The notes: generated by a model from the sequence alone, not told the origin. A stretch of DNA of 64,000 bases from Bacteroidota bacterium (GCA_029550865.1 JAKPGM010000079.1:27323-91322), one strand, 5' to 3'. Positions 1 through 10,836 are shown, numbered from the stretch's first letter. A program made the numbers and translations.

Positions 1-697
1 CTGTTTGCATTTCGGTAGGGACAGATATTCCATAACCATCGTCCCATACAGCCATGACCAGAGGCACCTGCAGCACTGCGGCAGCATTCAGCACTTCCCA
101 GAAATGGCCCTCCGACGTACTGGCATCGCCTATGGTACCAAAGGCAACCTCATTTCCATGGTGCGAAAATTTCCATCTATCGATAAAATCGTCTAACTTA
201 CGATATATCTTCGACGCATAAGCCAACCCGAGCAAACGAGGAATTTGTCCAGCTGTTGGCGAAATATCTGATGCAGAATTTTTTGTCTGTGAAGTAGGAA
301 GCCAGTTTCCATCCGAATCAAGAAAACGGGTGCCAAAGTGATTGTTAAAGTTACGTCCTGCATTACTGGGATTGTTGGCAAGGTTGGTATCCCCGTACAA
401 CATCGCAAAAAATTCCTCGGGGGTACTCATTCCAGTAGCAAACATAAAGGTTTGGTCGCGATAGTATCCCGATCGCCAGTCGCCATCTTTGAATGTCTTG
501 GCCAATGCTATTTGCGCCACTTCCTTTCCCTCGCCAAAGATACCGAATGAAGCTTTTCCGCTCAATACCTCGCGACGTCCAATTACACAAATTTCACGGC
601 TGAGATGTGCCAGATAAAAATCCTTTTTTATTTCTTCAGAAGTAGGAATAGCAATAGAAGATTTACCAACAGCTACACCCGATTGAGATGTCATCAT
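1..697 (-). CDS. TPP-dependent 2-oxoacid dehydrogenase E1 component (fused alpha/beta type), N-terminal part; the gene continues past the left window edge
   Basis: Absent from the ORF track because it is open at the edge. Manual minus-strand translation from ATG at 697 is stop-free to position 2: MMTSQSGVAVGKSSIAIPTSEEIKKDFYLAHLSREICVIGRREVLSGKASFGIFGEGKEVAQIALAKTFKDGDWRSGYYRDQTFMFATG...SPTAGQIPRLLGLAYASK...FGTIGDASTSEGHFWEVLNAAAVLQVPLVMAVWDDGYGISVP. This shows the TPP-binding pattern of E1 alpha. Confidence 0.75.
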   Translation of the reverse strand, partial: MMTSQSGVAVGKSSIAIPTSEEIKKDFYLAHLSREICVIGRREVLSGKASFGIFGEGKEVAQIALAKTFKDGDWRSGYYRDQTFMFATGMSTPEEFFAMLYGDTNLANNPSNAGRNFNNHFGTRFLDSDGNWLPTSQTKNSASDISPTAGQIPRLLGLAYASKIYRKLDDFIDRWKFSHHGNEVAFGTIGDASTSEGHFWEVLNAAAVLQVPLVMAVWDDGYGISVPTEMQT

Positions 698-759
698 ACA
701 TATCTTTAAGATATAAAACCAATAAGGACATCTTTTGTTCATTTGTGCGCCGTAGTGGC

Positions 760-1848
760 CTAAAATGTCCAATTGAAACTGATACGTGCCGATATTGATT
801 CGGTAATACTTCTATTTCCAATTTTTTCGTAACTTTCCATCACCACATTAGGAGCAATAGTAAATTTTTCCGAGGGCTTCAGATTACAGGCAACAATAAA
901 CAATTGGCGTGTGTCGCCCGATACTTTGTTATTGGGCTCAAAATAATCGTAACGCAGTACAGCTGCTACTTTAGGCGAGAAATAATATGTGCCGTAGGTT
1001 GATATTCCTATTCCACTTCTGTTTTCCAGCGCTGTTCCTGAATTGTGAGCGTTTTGGGCATTAATCAGATATACATCCACGCCTGCCGAAAGCTTTTCTT
1101 TCTTCTTATAACCAACACTGAAAGCATAGGTAAGAATATCGCCCGACACCATCTTGCCTATAAAAGTATCCCTTACCGATGCCTGCATCTGATAATCGGT
1201 ATAAACCAGGAATGACAGGTTGGCAATAGGGCTGACAATAATTTGCCCATAAAAACGCTTATACTTGTTATCTTCTGGTTTTGACGGAGAATTATTTCCA
1301 ATGAGGAGATGATATTTTATAGTTCCGGTAGAATCAAATTGTCCTTTCAAACCTATGCCAAGTTCACGAGTGGCAACCACGCCTCTTAAGTCGATAATTG
1401 TTTTTTCGAGAAAACGATTTCCCCACATACCCTCCATCATTTCAAAGGGTGGAGTGGCCTGCAAGCCGAATATCACCGTATGGTTCATGTGAAAACGCCA
1501 CTGTACCCATGCATCCTTTAAAAACATAGAAAAACGGTAACTTTTGTTGTCGGCCGAGGCAGTAAAATTTTTTTCATCTGATTCAAGTGCTACCCTCGAG
1601 GAGAAACTACTGTTCCACTTATAGTCGTAATTGAGCAATGCCCGTTGCACAGACATTCCATTAACATTTTTATCGCCGGGATAAGCAACATTTTTGAGGT
1701 TTCGTATTCCAGTATCGCGAGCTACATTGTAAAAATAAGTACCAAAAATAGTTCCGCTAAATTTTCCCTTGGGTTCCTCAGTTGTTTGAGCAAGCACAAT
1801 TTGACCAATCGACAAGCCCAAAATCACATGCAATAAAAATTTTCTCAT
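760..1848 (-). CDS. outer-membrane beta-barrel protein, porin-like
   Basis: 362-aa ORF with signal peptide MRKFLLHVILGLSIGQIVLAQ. It has an alternating aromatic/polar strand pattern and a C-terminus ISFNWTF ending in Phe, as in OM barrels. Confidence 0.6.
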   Translation of the reverse strand: MRKFLLHVILGLSIGQIVLAQTTEEPKGKFSGTIFGTYFYNVARDTGIRNLKNVAYPGDKNVNGMSVQRALLNYDYKWNSSFSSRVALESDEKNFTASADNKSYRFSMFLKDAWVQWRFHMNHTVIFGLQATPPFEMMEGMWGNRFLEKTIIDLRGVVATRELGIGLKGQFDSTGTIKYHLLIGNNSPSKPEDNKYKRFYGQIIVSPIANLSFLVYTDYQMQASVRDTFIGKMVSGDILTYAFSVGYKKKEKLSAGVDVYLINAQNAHNSGTALENRSGIGISTYGTYYFSPKVAAVLRYDYFEPNNKVSGDTRQLFIVACNLKPSEKFTIAPNVVMESYEKIGNRSITESISARISFNWTF

Positions 1849-2111
1849 AAATTAATTTTATGTAAATTAAACTTAAAGTTATCATTGAAATTAAGACTAT
1901 TTCAAGTATAATCTAAATTTATAAATTATTAAGAATAGCGCATACAAAAGTATAAAAATTCATCAAACAAGCTACTCGCAGAATATAAATGCATCGCCGT
2001 ACCAGTTTATAAATGTATCCCAAAGGCTCACCTGCCATTTAAAAGCCATATTAAACTGTGTTTTTGCTTACCATTAAAAAAAAGAATTACAAAAATTAGG
2101 CAGGCTTTTGA

Positions 2112-2119
2112 TACTTTTG
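2112..2119 (+). promoter_or_regulatory. candidate Bacteroidota -7 promoter box (TACTTTTG) upstream of surE
   Basis: Exact match to the TAnnTTTG consensus 53 nt upstream of ATG 2172. No clear -33 TTG. Confidence 0.3.
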
Positions 2120-2171
2120 CAGTACAGTGGCAGCTATATCACAAAAACGCAATTTATTAATAATCAACTGG

Positions 2172-2954
2172 ATGGAAAATCATAATCGATTGATACTGAT
2201 AACCAACGATGATGGTATTGAAGCAAAAGGCATTAGGTCATTAGTAGAAGTAGGCAAAGAATTTGGCGAAGTAGCAGTAATAGCACCAACCGAAGCACAA
2301 AGTGGCATGTCGCATGCGATTACGGTAAAAACTCCCATCCGGGTGTATCGAGAGCATGATTTTGATCCGATAGTTGCCTATGCCTGCAATGGTACCCCCG
2401 TCGATTGTGTAAAGATGGCTATTAACCGCATTTTACCTCGTCGCCCCGATTTGATATTGTCGGGAATAAACCATGGTGGCAATTCCTCATCGAGCGTATT
2501 GTATTCGGGTACTATGGCTGCAGCACTTGAAGGTTGCTTGAATGGTATTCCTTCCGTTGGATTTTCGCTACTTGAATTTTCGAACAATGCCGATTTTAGC
2601 ACAGCGCAATATTTTGCCCGCAAAATTATTTCCAATGTAATACATCATGGGTTACCCAAAGGGGTATGCCTCAACGTAAATATTCCTTATTTACCTGTGG
2701 AAAAGATTGCAGGCATAAAAATTTGTCGTCAGAATCATGGGGTTTGGCGAGAAGAATTTGAACATCGTACCGACCCAAGTGGATTTGATTACTATTGGCT
2801 AACAGGAACTTTTGAGGACCTTGAGCCCCATGCCGAAGAAACGGATGAATGGGCGCTCCGAAATAACTACGTTGCTGTTGTTCCAGTACAATTTGATTTT
2901 ACGGCATATCAGGCCATACCTATCTTACAAAAATGGAATTTCAATGGACAATGA
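2172..2954 (+). CDS. surE: 5'/3'-nucleotidase SurE
   Basis: LILITNDDGIEAKGIRSL and SGINHGGN motifs. The track ORF starts at GTG 2127, but ATG 2172 (MENHNRLILITNDDG) fits the family N-terminus better. Confidence 0.9.
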   Translation: MENHNRLILITNDDGIEAKGIRSLVEVGKEFGEVAVIAPTEAQSGMSHAITVKTPIRVYREHDFDPIVAYACNGTPVDCVKMAINRILPRRPDLILSGINHGGNSSSSVLYSGTMAAALEGCLNGIPSVGFSLLEFSNNADFSTAQYFARKIISNVIHHGLPKGVCLNVNIPYLPVEKIAGIKICRQNHGVWREEFEHRTDPSGFDYYWLTGTFEDLEPHAEETDEWALRNNYVAVVPVQFDFTAYQAIPILQKWNFNGQ

Positions 2955-3282
2955 AAGCATTCAAAAATGGCTACATCATAAATTAGGCCGGCTCAATAAT
3001 TCCTGGTTGGGTTTTGGGCTGGGGATTGTAGCTCCTGTTATTACCCTATTTATCACTTATTTGCTAAATTTTGACCATTATTCTTTAAAAGAATTTTACG
3101 ATTTTCTGCTGCAGTTTCGCATTCTGACAAAACTTTTGAGTCTTTGTATGCTGCCCAATCTTGGGATATTTTTTCTGTTTCTTTACCCCGATTTTCGACG
3201 GGCAGCAATGGGGACGTTGATAGCGACTTTTGCTTCGGCTATTGTTATTATTGCTCTGCAAGCAATATTAGGATTGTTTTAG
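2944..3282 (+). CDS. small integral membrane protein (hypothetical)
   Basis: ATG 2944 overlaps the surE stop. Hydrophobic helices: GFGLGIVAPVITLFITYLL, LSLCMLPNLGIFFLFLY, LIATFASAIVIIALQAILGLF. The 2812 start in the track lies inside surE. Confidence 0.5.
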   Translation: MDNESIQKWLHHKLGRLNNSWLGFGLGIVAPVITLFITYLLNFDHYSLKEFYDFLLQFRILTKLLSLCMLPNLGIFFLFLYPDFRRAAMGTLIATFASAIVIIALQAILGLF

Positions 3283-3287
3283 GTTGG

Positions 3288-5918
3288 TTACTGCAACTCA
3301 TGTAAGCGAGCCTCAAGTGCTGCTATTTTCGCCTCAGCATCCTGACGTTTTTTGCGTTCAAGCTCAACCACCTGGGTAGGGGCATTGGCTACAAAGCGAT
3401 CGTTGTTGAGTTTTTTCATAACCGATTCCAGAAAACCCCGCGTATAAGCAAGCTCTTCCAATATTTTTTTACGTTCTTCCTCAACATCCACTTTTTGCTG
3501 TGTTTCGACAAAAAACTCAGCCGCACGTACCATAAAGGCAAAGGCATTGGGAACCTTTGTTTGGGTAAGCTCTATTTTCTCAGCCTGCGTCATCTTAGCC
3601 AGTACCACCCCTAAAGCAGGATTATAGGTGTTATTGACCGATTTTACGTATATACGCACAGGATCCTTGGTGCCAATATTTTTCTCCTTGCGGATAGCGC
3701 GCACCTGTGTAATTGCTTCCTTAATAATTTCGAAGTCGGCAATGACCTGAGTATTAGCAGCCCTTGGACGAGGTTGTAGCTGAGTCATTATACTTTCGCC
3801 CTCTTTACGCGGTGTCATCAGTTGCCACAACTCTTCGGTAATAAAGGGCATAAAAGGATGCAAAAGCTTTAAAAGTATATCAAAGAAAGACAAGGTTTTT
3901 TCGTAGGTTTGTCTGTCAATGGGCTGTTGGTACGATGGCTTGATGATTTCGAGATACCACGACGAAAATTCATCCCAGAAGAGCTTATAGAGCGTCATCA
4001 AGGCATCGCTAATACGGAAATTATCAAAATGTTCGTCAACTTCGGCCATCGTTTTATTAAGCAGTTCGTCGAACCACTCGACAGCCAATTTTGCATAGGC
4101 AGGCTGCTCTAAATTATCGTCAATACTCCAGCTATTGACCAGGCGGAAAGCATTCCAGATTTTATTGCCGAAATTTCGTCCTTGCTCGGTTAACGATTCA
4201 TCAAAAAGGATGTCGTTACCAGCAGGCGAGCATAGCAAGAGCCCTACCCTTACACCATCGGCCGAGTATTTAGCAATCAAATCGAGAGGTTCGGGCGAGT
4301 TACCCAACGACTTTGACATCTTTCGGCGCTGTTTATCGCGAATAAGTCCCGTAAGATATACGTTGCTGAATGGCTTATCACCAGCAAAGGCATAACCAGC
4401 AATAATCATGCGGGCTACCCAGAAAAACAGGATATCTGGTGCAGTAACTAAATCGTTGGTGGGGTAATAATACTTCATTTCGGGATTACCGGGCTGGCGA
4501 ATGCCATCAAATACCGAGATAGGCCACAGCCAGGAAGAAAACCAGGTATCAAGCACATCTTCGTCCTGACGAATATCGGCAAGCGTAAGTTGTTGGTTAC
4601 CTGTTTTCTGGCGTGCCAACTCGAGTGCCTGCTGTTCATTTTCGGCTACTACATAACTTCCATCGGGCAAATAATAGGCGGGAATACGATGTCCCCACCA
4701 CAGCTGGCGCGATATGCACCAGTCCTTTACATTCTCCATCCAGTGCCGATAGGTATTTACAAACTTCGAGGGATATAGCTTAATGTTTCCATTCAACACA
4801 TTGTCTAAGGCAGGCTGTGCCAATTCTTTCATGCGTAGAAACCATTGCATCGACAACCGCGGCTCAATGGGTACATGGGTACGCTCCGACAGCCCTACCT
4901 TATTCGTATAGTCCTCAACCTTGACCAGTAAGCCCAACTCTTCGAGCTTTTTATGACTGAGGTCACGCGCTACAAAGCGATCTTCGCCCACAAAAAAAAC
5001 AGCATTTTCGTTGAGTGTACCATCATCATTCAAAATATCGATGACAGGCAAATTGTGTTTAATACCGAGTTCATAGTCAGCCAGGTCGTGAGCAGGCGTA
5101 ATTTTAAGAGCGCCTGTACCAAAAGTCGGGTCTACATATTCGTCGAAAATAACAGGCACCAGCCGGTTTACCATAGGAACTACCACCCTTTTCCCTTTCA
5201 GATGCTGGTAGCGTTCATCGTCGGGATGGACGCATACTGCAGTATCGCCCAGAATGGTCTCGGGTCGGGTTGTTGCTACAACGATATAATCGTTGCTATT
5301 CTCTATAAAATATTTTACATGATAGAGCTTTGAGTTAACTTCGGTATAAATAACCTCTTCATCGGAAAGGGCTGTTTTAGCTTTGGGGTCCCAGTTAACC
5401 ATGCGCACCCCTCTGTAGATGTATCCTCGGTTATAAAGATCTACAAAAACTTTAATAACGCTTTCGTATCGAGGGGTGTCCATGGTAAAACAGGTACGTT
5501 CCCAGTCGCACGATGCTCCCAGTTTTTTAAGTTGCTCCAGAATGATACCGCCATGCTTGTGCGTCCATTCCCAGGCATGCTCAAGAAATTTTTCGCGTCC
5601 TATTTCGGATTTATTGAATCCTTCCGAAGCCAATTTTTGAACCACCTTTGCCTCGGTAGCAATGGAAGCATGATCGGTACCTGGTACCCAGCAGGCATTT
5701 TTACCCTTCATCCGTGCCCGTCGGATAAGCACATCCTGAATGGTATTGTTGAGCATATGCCCCATGTGCAATACTCCAGTAACATTGGGGGGTGGAATCA
5801 CAATACAATAGGGTTCTCTATCATCGGGTACCGAACGAAACAGATTGTGCTTCATCCAATATTGATACCATTTCTCTTCCACCCGGGAAGGATCGTACTT
5901 CGAAGGAATGTCAAGCAT
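3288..5918 (-). CDS. valS: valine--tRNA ligase
   Basis: 876 aa with class I HIGH-type motif [13 protein letters not shown], a KMSKS motif and a C-terminal coiled coil. Confidence 0.97.
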   Translation of the reverse strand: MLDIPSKYDPSRVEEKWYQYWMKHNLFRSVPDDREPYCIVIPPPNVTGVLHMGHMLNNTIQDVLIRRARMKGKNACWVPGTDHASIATEAKVVQKLASEGFNKSEIGREKFLEHAWEWTHKHGGIILEQLKKLGASCDWERTCFTMDTPRYESVIKVFVDLYNRGYIYRGVRMVNWDPKAKTALSDEEVIYTEVNSKLYHVKYFIENSNDYIVVATTRPETILGDTAVCVHPDDERYQHLKGKRVVVPMVNRLVPVIFDEYVDPTFGTGALKITPAHDLADYELGIKHNLPVIDILNDDGTLNENAVFFVGEDRFVARDLSHKKLEELGLLVKVEDYTNKVGLSERTHVPIEPRLSMQWFLRMKELAQPALDNVLNGNIKLYPSKFVNTYRHWMENVKDWCISRQLWWGHRIPAYYLPDGSYVVAENEQQALELARQKTGNQQLTLADIRQDEDVLDTWFSSWLWPISVFDGIRQPGNPEMKYYYPTNDLVTAPDILFFWVARMIIAGYAFAGDKPFSNVYLTGLIRDKQRRKMSKSLGNSPEPLDLIAKYSADGVRVGLLLCSPAGNDILFDESLTEQGRNFGNKIWNAFRLVNSWSIDDNLEQPAYAKLAVEWFDELLNKTMAEVDEHFDNFRISDALMTLYKLFWDEFSSWYLEIIKPSYQQPIDRQTYEKTLSFFDILLKLLHPFMPFITEELWQLMTPRKEGESIMTQLQPRPRAANTQVIADFEIIKEAITQVRAIRKEKNIGTKDPVRIYVKSVNNTYNPALGVVLAKMTQAEKIELTQTKVPNAFAFMVRAAEFFVETQQKVDVEEERKKILEELAYTRGFLESVMKKLNNDRFVANAPTQVVELERKKRQDAEAKIAALEARLHELQ

Positions 5919-5962
5919 GGAATAATTTCTATTGATTAACCACTACTATCATTAACGGCGTG

Positions 5963-5970
5963 CAAATTTA
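5963..5970 (-). promoter_or_regulatory. candidate -7 promoter box (TAAATTTG on minus strand) upstream of valS
   Basis: Exact TAnnTTTG match 45 nt upstream of the valS ATG at 5918. Confidence 0.3.
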
Positions 5971-5984
5971 GAAATTTTTCCCGC

Positions 5985-7304
5985 TTAATAGAGAATGGGA
6001 ATAATTTTTGGTTCCTCAAGCAGTAGCCCCGGAGCTTTTTGTTTAATTTGGTCAATAGCCTGCTTAACTTGATTGAGCGTGCACGGCATAGTTACTACCG
6101 AGAAATAGGCTTTATCTTTATTGTGTCGATTGTGGCTTACCGTATCAATGTTGATATTTTGTGCACCAATGGCCGTAGTTACCAGTCCGGTAATACCTGG
6201 TCGGTCTTCTGTGGTAAAGGTAATATTATAGGGTAAAACAATCGACCCAGCCTCAACCAGTTCAAAATCCTTCAAATCGGGCATGCTGATGGCCATTCCC
6301 TGGTACTTAGCAGCAAATACAATATCCGAAACAACAGAACTGGCGGTTTCGAGGCTTCCAGCGCCTTTGCCCACAAAGTAATGTTTACCGCTATAAAGAT
6401 TTTTTACTTCTACACAGTTAGTTGCACCATTTACCTTAGAAAGAAAATTATCGTTTTTAACCATCATGGGCTTAACAGCAGCAAATATTTTACCATCCAT
6501 CTGCCTTGCATAGCAAATGAGTTTTATGCTACAGTCCATTTCATTGGCAAAGTCAATATCTTCGCGCGAAATTTGGTCGATACCTTCTTTGTAAAGCGAG
6601 AAGTAATCGATGTTAGCCCCAAAAGCCAGTCGTATAAGTATGGTAAGCTTATGGGCAGCATCTCCGCCATTGATATCGAGCGTCGGGTCGGCTTCGGCAT
6701 AACCAGCCTCCTGGGCATTTTTAAGCGCCGTAGGAAAATCCAACCCTTCGTGCTGCATCTTTGAAAGAATATAATTACTGGTACCGTTCAAAATACCCGA
6801 TATTTCCAGAATTTTATCGCCCGTAAAACTTTCACGAATAGTTTTTATGATGGGTATAGCGCCACATACGCTTGCCTCGTATCCCAATAAAACGTTTTTC
6901 TGTCGAGCAAGTCGAAACAGCTCGCCGCCTTTTTCTGCCAACATCGCCTTATTGGCTGTTACCAGATGTTTCCCTGCACTTAAAATGCGATGCATGATAC
7001 CGTAAAGATAATCACTGGTACCACCAATGGTTTCGACAACCAGATGAATATTGGGATCGGCTATAATTTCGTCGATACAGCGAGTTGCCTCATCTCGCAA
7101 AAGGTCTTTTCCACCTCCACAAAAAAGCTGCATCGGGATTTGATAATTAGCAGCCGCTTTTTTTGGATAAAGATCAACAATTTTTACCAGCTGGATTTTT
7201 TTACCAGCCCGTACGGCAAGCTCCTCTGGCATATCGATCAATATCTTGGCAACCCCACTACCTACCGTACCACACCCCAATATAGCTACATTGAAATAAT
7301 CCAT
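5985..7304 (-). CDS. hom: homoserine dehydrogenase with C-terminal ACT domain
   Basis: 439 aa with an N-terminal Rossmann motif ILGCGTVGSGVAK, the LGYEASVCGAIPIIK catalytic region and an ACT-like C-terminus. Confidence 0.85.
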   Translation of the reverse strand: MDYFNVAILGCGTVGSGVAKILIDMPEELAVRAGKKIQLVKIVDLYPKKAAANYQIPMQLFCGGGKDLLRDEATRCIDEIIADPNIHLVVETIGGTSDYLYGIMHRILSAGKHLVTANKAMLAEKGGELFRLARQKNVLLGYEASVCGAIPIIKTIRESFTGDKILEISGILNGTSNYILSKMQHEGLDFPTALKNAQEAGYAEADPTLDINGGDAAHKLTILIRLAFGANIDYFSLYKEGIDQISREDIDFANEMDCSIKLICYARQMDGKIFAAVKPMMVKNDNFLSKVNGATNCVEVKNLYSGKHYFVGKGAGSLETASSVVSDIVFAAKYQGMAISMPDLKDFELVEAGSIVLPYNITFTTEDRPGITGLVTTAIGAQNINIDTVSHNRHNKDKAYFSVVTMPCTLNQVKQAIDQIKQKAPGLLLEEPKIIPILY

Positions 7305-7453
7305 AATACTACAGTTCCTTTATTATTAAAAATTAGCTAAAATCTTGTTTTCGTAGTGTCAAATTTGTTCAATTTCGAGGATTCTAAAATAATGGAAAAA
7401 AACAATAGAATAAAATTTTTGTTTCAATAATTATACCGCCTGAGTTTAATCAA

Positions 7454-7461
7454 TAATTTTG
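7454..7461 (+). promoter_or_regulatory. candidate -7 promoter box (TAATTTTG)
   Basis: Exact TAnnTTTG match 20 nt upstream of ATG 7481. Confidence 0.3.
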
Positions 7462-7480
7462 GTGAGATAATTTTTCAAAT

Positions 7481-7960
7481 ATGGACGAACAAAACCGGGA
7501 ATATACGAATGGGGAGATAACCGTAATATGGCAACCCTCGAAATGCATACATGCCACCACCTGTTACAAGGAGTTGCGGGAGGTATTTGATCCGCTCAAG
7601 CGTCCGTGGGTAAACATGAAGGGGGCACCGACCGAACGGATTATCGAAGTGGTACGAAAGTGTCCTACAGCTGCCCTGTCGTTTCGCTGGAACGATCCGG
7701 AAAAAAACAAACAGCAGCAGGAACAGGAAGAAAAAATCCGGCAGGCAATGGAGTTTAGTAATCGTCCCCGCTATACCCCTGTAACCATTCAGGTCATGCG
7801 CGATGGTCCACTGGTTGTGCAGGGTACCTTTGAAATTTTCAATGAAAAGGGCGAAAAGCTAAAACACATGATAATTACCTCATTTTGTCGTTGCGGAGGC
7901 ACGATGAATCCCCCTTTCTGTGATGGCCACCATCGAAAAATTGGTTTTACCAGTGAATAA
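7481..7960 (+). CDS. iron-sulfur protein: N-terminal divergent Fe-S-like Cys domain fused to a CDGSH-type domain
   Basis: N-terminal Cys residues (KCIHATTC...KCPTAAL) and a C-terminal CRCGGTMNPPFCDGHH CDGSH signature. Confidence 0.7.
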   Translation: MDEQNREYTNGEITVIWQPSKCIHATTCYKELREVFDPLKRPWVNMKGAPTERIIEVVRKCPTAALSFRWNDPEKNKQQQEQEEKIRQAMEFSNRPRYTPVTIQVMRDGPLVVQGTFEIFNEKGEKLKHMIITSFCRCGGTMNPPFCDGHHRKIGFTSE

Positions 7961-7969
7961 GAAAAAGCT

Positions 7970-8161
7970 ATGGAAGAAGTAAAATATGATGAAGAGGGAC
8001 CGGTGGAATTCCACCTGCAAGCAAACGGTCCCATCTTTGCAAAAGGTAAATTTAAAATTATCGATAGCAAAGGGAACGTCCAGGAACTCCAGGAGGCATA
8101 TCTGTGTCGTTGTGGGCGTTCACAAAATAAGCCATTTTGTGACGGGTCGCACAATCGATAA
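7970..8161 (+). CDS. CDGSH iron-sulfur domain protein (single domain)
   Basis: 63 aa with the CRCGRSQNKPFCDGSH signature, 9 nt downstream of the previous CDGSH gene. Confidence 0.7.
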   Translation: MEEVKYDEEGPVEFHLQANGPIFAKGKFKIIDSKGNVQELQEAYLCRCGRSQNKPFCDGSHNR

Positions 8162-9343
8162 TTAATTAGCCAGCGCTTTCTGTACCAGGGCGGCAGCCTC
8201 TTCGATGGTTGTAGCCCCATACACCTGGAGCCCCGACTCATCAATGAGTCTTTTGCCTTCCTCTGCGTTGGTGCCTTGCAAACGAACAATGATAGGCACC
8301 GGTATATGTCCTATGTTTTTGTAGGCTTCCACCACACCCTGCGCTACACGATCGCAACGTACAATACCGCCGAAGATATTAATAAGGATAGCTCGTACCT
8401 GGGGATCTTTCAGGATAATTTTAAAGCCCGCCTCAACGGTCTGGGCATTGGCAGCACCACCCACATCAAGAAAATTGGCCGGTTCACCACCCGAAAGTTT
8501 AATCATATCCATGGTAGCCATTGCCAATCCCGCCCCATTCACCATACAACCTACATTACCACTCAGCTTGATGAAATTTAAATTGTATGCAGCCGCCTCG
8601 GTTTCAGCAGGGTCTTCCTCGTAAATATCCCGTAATTGCGCCAATTCGGGATGACGAAATAAGGCATTATCGTCTAATGTCAGCTTTACATCGGCAGCCC
8701 AGATGTGATCGTCGGAACTTTTTAGTACTGGGTTAATTTCGAGCAGCGAAGCATCAAGCCCAACGTAAGCTGCGTATAAACGTTGTACAAACACTGCCAT
8801 TTCCTGCATGGCCTGTCCCTCGAGACCCAGGTTAAAAGCAATTTTTCGCGCTTGAAAAGGCATCAAGCCTACCTTTGGATCGATAGGCTCTCGATAGATT
8901 AATTCGGGAGTCTTTTCGGCTACACTTTCAATGTCCATACCGCCCTCGGTCGAGTATATCACCTCGTATCGACCAGTATTTCGGTTGAGCAAAATACTCA
9001 GGTAATATTCCTTCACAGGGGAAGGTCCAGGATAATATATCCCCTCTTCGATTAACAGCTTTCGTACAAGCTTTCCTGCGGGTCCAGTTTGATGGGTTAC
9101 CAGCTTCATTCCAAGCATTTGCGAAGCCAAAACAGCTACCTCTTCGGGACTCTTTGCTATTTTAACCCCACCCGCTTTTCCTCTTCCTCCGGCATGTATC
9201 TGAGCTTTTACCGCCCAGGTATCGGTGTTAAGCTTGCGAGCTGCTTGCTCCGCTTCCTCAGCTTTTTCAATCATCATCCCCTGAGGGACTTTCACCCCAT
9301 ATTCGCGTAATAACGCTTTCGCTTGATACTCATGAAGATTCAT
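8162..9343 (-). CDS. sucC: succinate--CoA ligase (ADP-forming) beta subunit
   Basis: Canonical N-terminus MNLHEYQAKALLREYGVKVPQG at ATG 9343 (the track start 9388 adds 15 non-family residues). ATP-grasp and CoA-ligase regions are present throughout. Confidence 0.93.
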   Translation of the reverse strand: MNLHEYQAKALLREYGVKVPQGMMIEKAEEAEQAARKLNTDTWAVKAQIHAGGRGKAGGVKIAKSPEEVAVLASQMLGMKLVTHQTGPAGKLVRKLLIEEGIYYPGPSPVKEYYLSILLNRNTGRYEVIYSTEGGMDIESVAEKTPELIYREPIDPKVGLMPFQARKIAFNLGLEGQAMQEMAVFVQRLYAAYVGLDASLLEINPVLKSSDDHIWAADVKLTLDDNALFRHPELAQLRDIYEEDPAETEAAAYNLNFIKLSGNVGCMVNGAGLAMATMDMIKLSGGEPANFLDVGGAANAQTVEAGFKIILKDPQVRAILINIFGGIVRCDRVAQGVVEAYKNIGHIPVPIIVRLQGTNAEEGKRLIDESGLQVYGATTIEEAAALVQKALAN

Positions 9344-9446
9344 AAATCCATTCTTTTGAAAGATACTATGTAAACAAATAAAAAACATTTTTTCCTCTTG
9401 AAATATAACATTTTTTTAATTTCGAAGCCAGAAAAAATATTGTTTC

Positions 9447-9992
9447 ATGCGAAAACTGCTCAATAGTGAACTCAATCGTCTGTCGGTCGAAGACTTTAAA
9501 AAAGCAACCAAAATACCCTTGATAGTTGTTCTGGATAACATACGTAGCCAGCACAATGTAGGGTCGGTTTTTCGTACGGCCGATGCTTTCCGCGTTGAAG
9601 CTATATGCCTTTGTGGTATAACCGCCACACCACCTAATGCCGAAATTCACAAAGCCGCACTTGGAGCCGAATATTCGGTCGACTGGAAATATTATGACCA
9701 TCCTCTTCATGCGATTCGGGAATTAAAAGAGTACGGCTATACCATCGTTTCCATTGAACAAACCGACCAGTCCATTCCCATTGAACAATTTACGGTAGAT
9801 GCTAATGCCCGCTACGCTATAATATTTGGAAATGAAGTAAAAGGTGTATTGCAAGAAGTGATTGATGAAAGTGATATCTGCCTGGAGATATCACAATATG
9901 GCACCAAGCATTCCCTTAATATTTCTGTATCAGCAGGCATTGTCATCTGGGAACTTTTTAAGCAGCTAAAAAATAATATACAGGCGCCTTGA
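9447..9992 (+). CDS. SpoU/TrmH-family RNA 2'-O-methyltransferase
   Basis: 181 aa with SQHNVGSVFRTADAF and IIFGNEVKGV...SLNISVSAGIVIWE SPOUT motifs. Confidence 0.85.
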   Translation: MRKLLNSELNRLSVEDFKKATKIPLIVVLDNIRSQHNVGSVFRTADAFRVEAICLCGITATPPNAEIHKAALGAEYSVDWKYYDHPLHAIRELKEYGYTIVSIEQTDQSIPIEQFTVDANARYAIIFGNEVKGVLQEVIDESDICLEISQYGTKHSLNISVSAGIVIWELFKQLKNNIQAP

Positions 9993-10093
9993 TGCACTTT
10001 CATTTCATATTCGATACCTTTATTTCCGAAAAAATAAGATTTCGTTGCCACCCATGTGAGTAAAGATGAAGTACTTCTGACAAATATTCAGAA

Positions 10094-10696
10094 ATGAGCA
10101 CTGCCGATACTTACCGAACAATTGCCAGTCCATCCGAAGGACTTTATAAGGAAAAAGGGAGTAAATTTTTAGCCTTTGCCTTTCCCATTCAAGATGAAGC
10201 CCAAGCTCAGAGTTATATCGATACCCTAAGAAGTCGTTACCACGATGCCAGACATCATTGTTACGCTTATGCTTTAGGACCCAATCGTGAAAAATACCGG
10301 TACTACGACGATGGTGAACCATCGGGGACAGCAGGCAAACCTATTTATGGACAGATCTTATCGTACGATGTAACCGATGTACTCATTATTGTTGTTCGTT
10401 ATTTTGGTGGCACGCTTTTGGGCACTGGTGGACTTATACAGGCATATAAAACAGCTGCCGCCAACGCATTACAAAATGCACAGATTGTCGAACACACTAT
10501 CGGTCGTAAAATCGTGTTACGTTTCGAATATGCTTCACTCGATAGGGTAAAATACTTACTCAAAACCTTTCGGGCCGAAATCATTGCCCAATCTTACGAC
10601 ACCTATTGCCAGCTGGAATGCATGGTGGGGCTTCAAGCATACAGCGAACTCATTGCAAAACTTAAACAATGGGATAAAATAGAAATTATCGAATAA
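10094..10696 (+). CDS. YigZ/IMPACT-family protein
   Basis: GSKFLAFAFP...HDARHHCYAYALG...DDGEPSGTAGKPI signature of UPF0029/IMPACT. Confidence 0.8.
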   Translation: MSTADTYRTIASPSEGLYKEKGSKFLAFAFPIQDEAQAQSYIDTLRSRYHDARHHCYAYALGPNREKYRYYDDGEPSGTAGKPIYGQILSYDVTDVLIIVVRYFGGTLLGTGGLIQAYKTAAANALQNAQIVEHTIGRKIVLRFEYASLDRVKYLLKTFRAEIIAQSYDTYCQLECMVGLQAYSELIAKLKQWDKIEIIE

Positions 10697-10836
10697 CGCA
10701 TCTCCACGAATGTATCCTAATCCATCGGAAATGGGACTAACAAAAATCATCCAGTCACACCAAAAAAACAGTAAATTTGCGTTAAATGTTCAGAACAAAT
10801 AAAAGGCATTACTTCAGAAAATCGAAAATTTAAGTT

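Noticed and set aside
9366-9710. 114-aa minus-strand ORF (and 9416-9628) across the sucC/TrmH divergent region
   Set aside because: It overlaps the TrmH-family gene in antisense and extends the true sucC start. It has no motif, and the sucC N-terminus MNLHEYQAK at 9343 is canonical.
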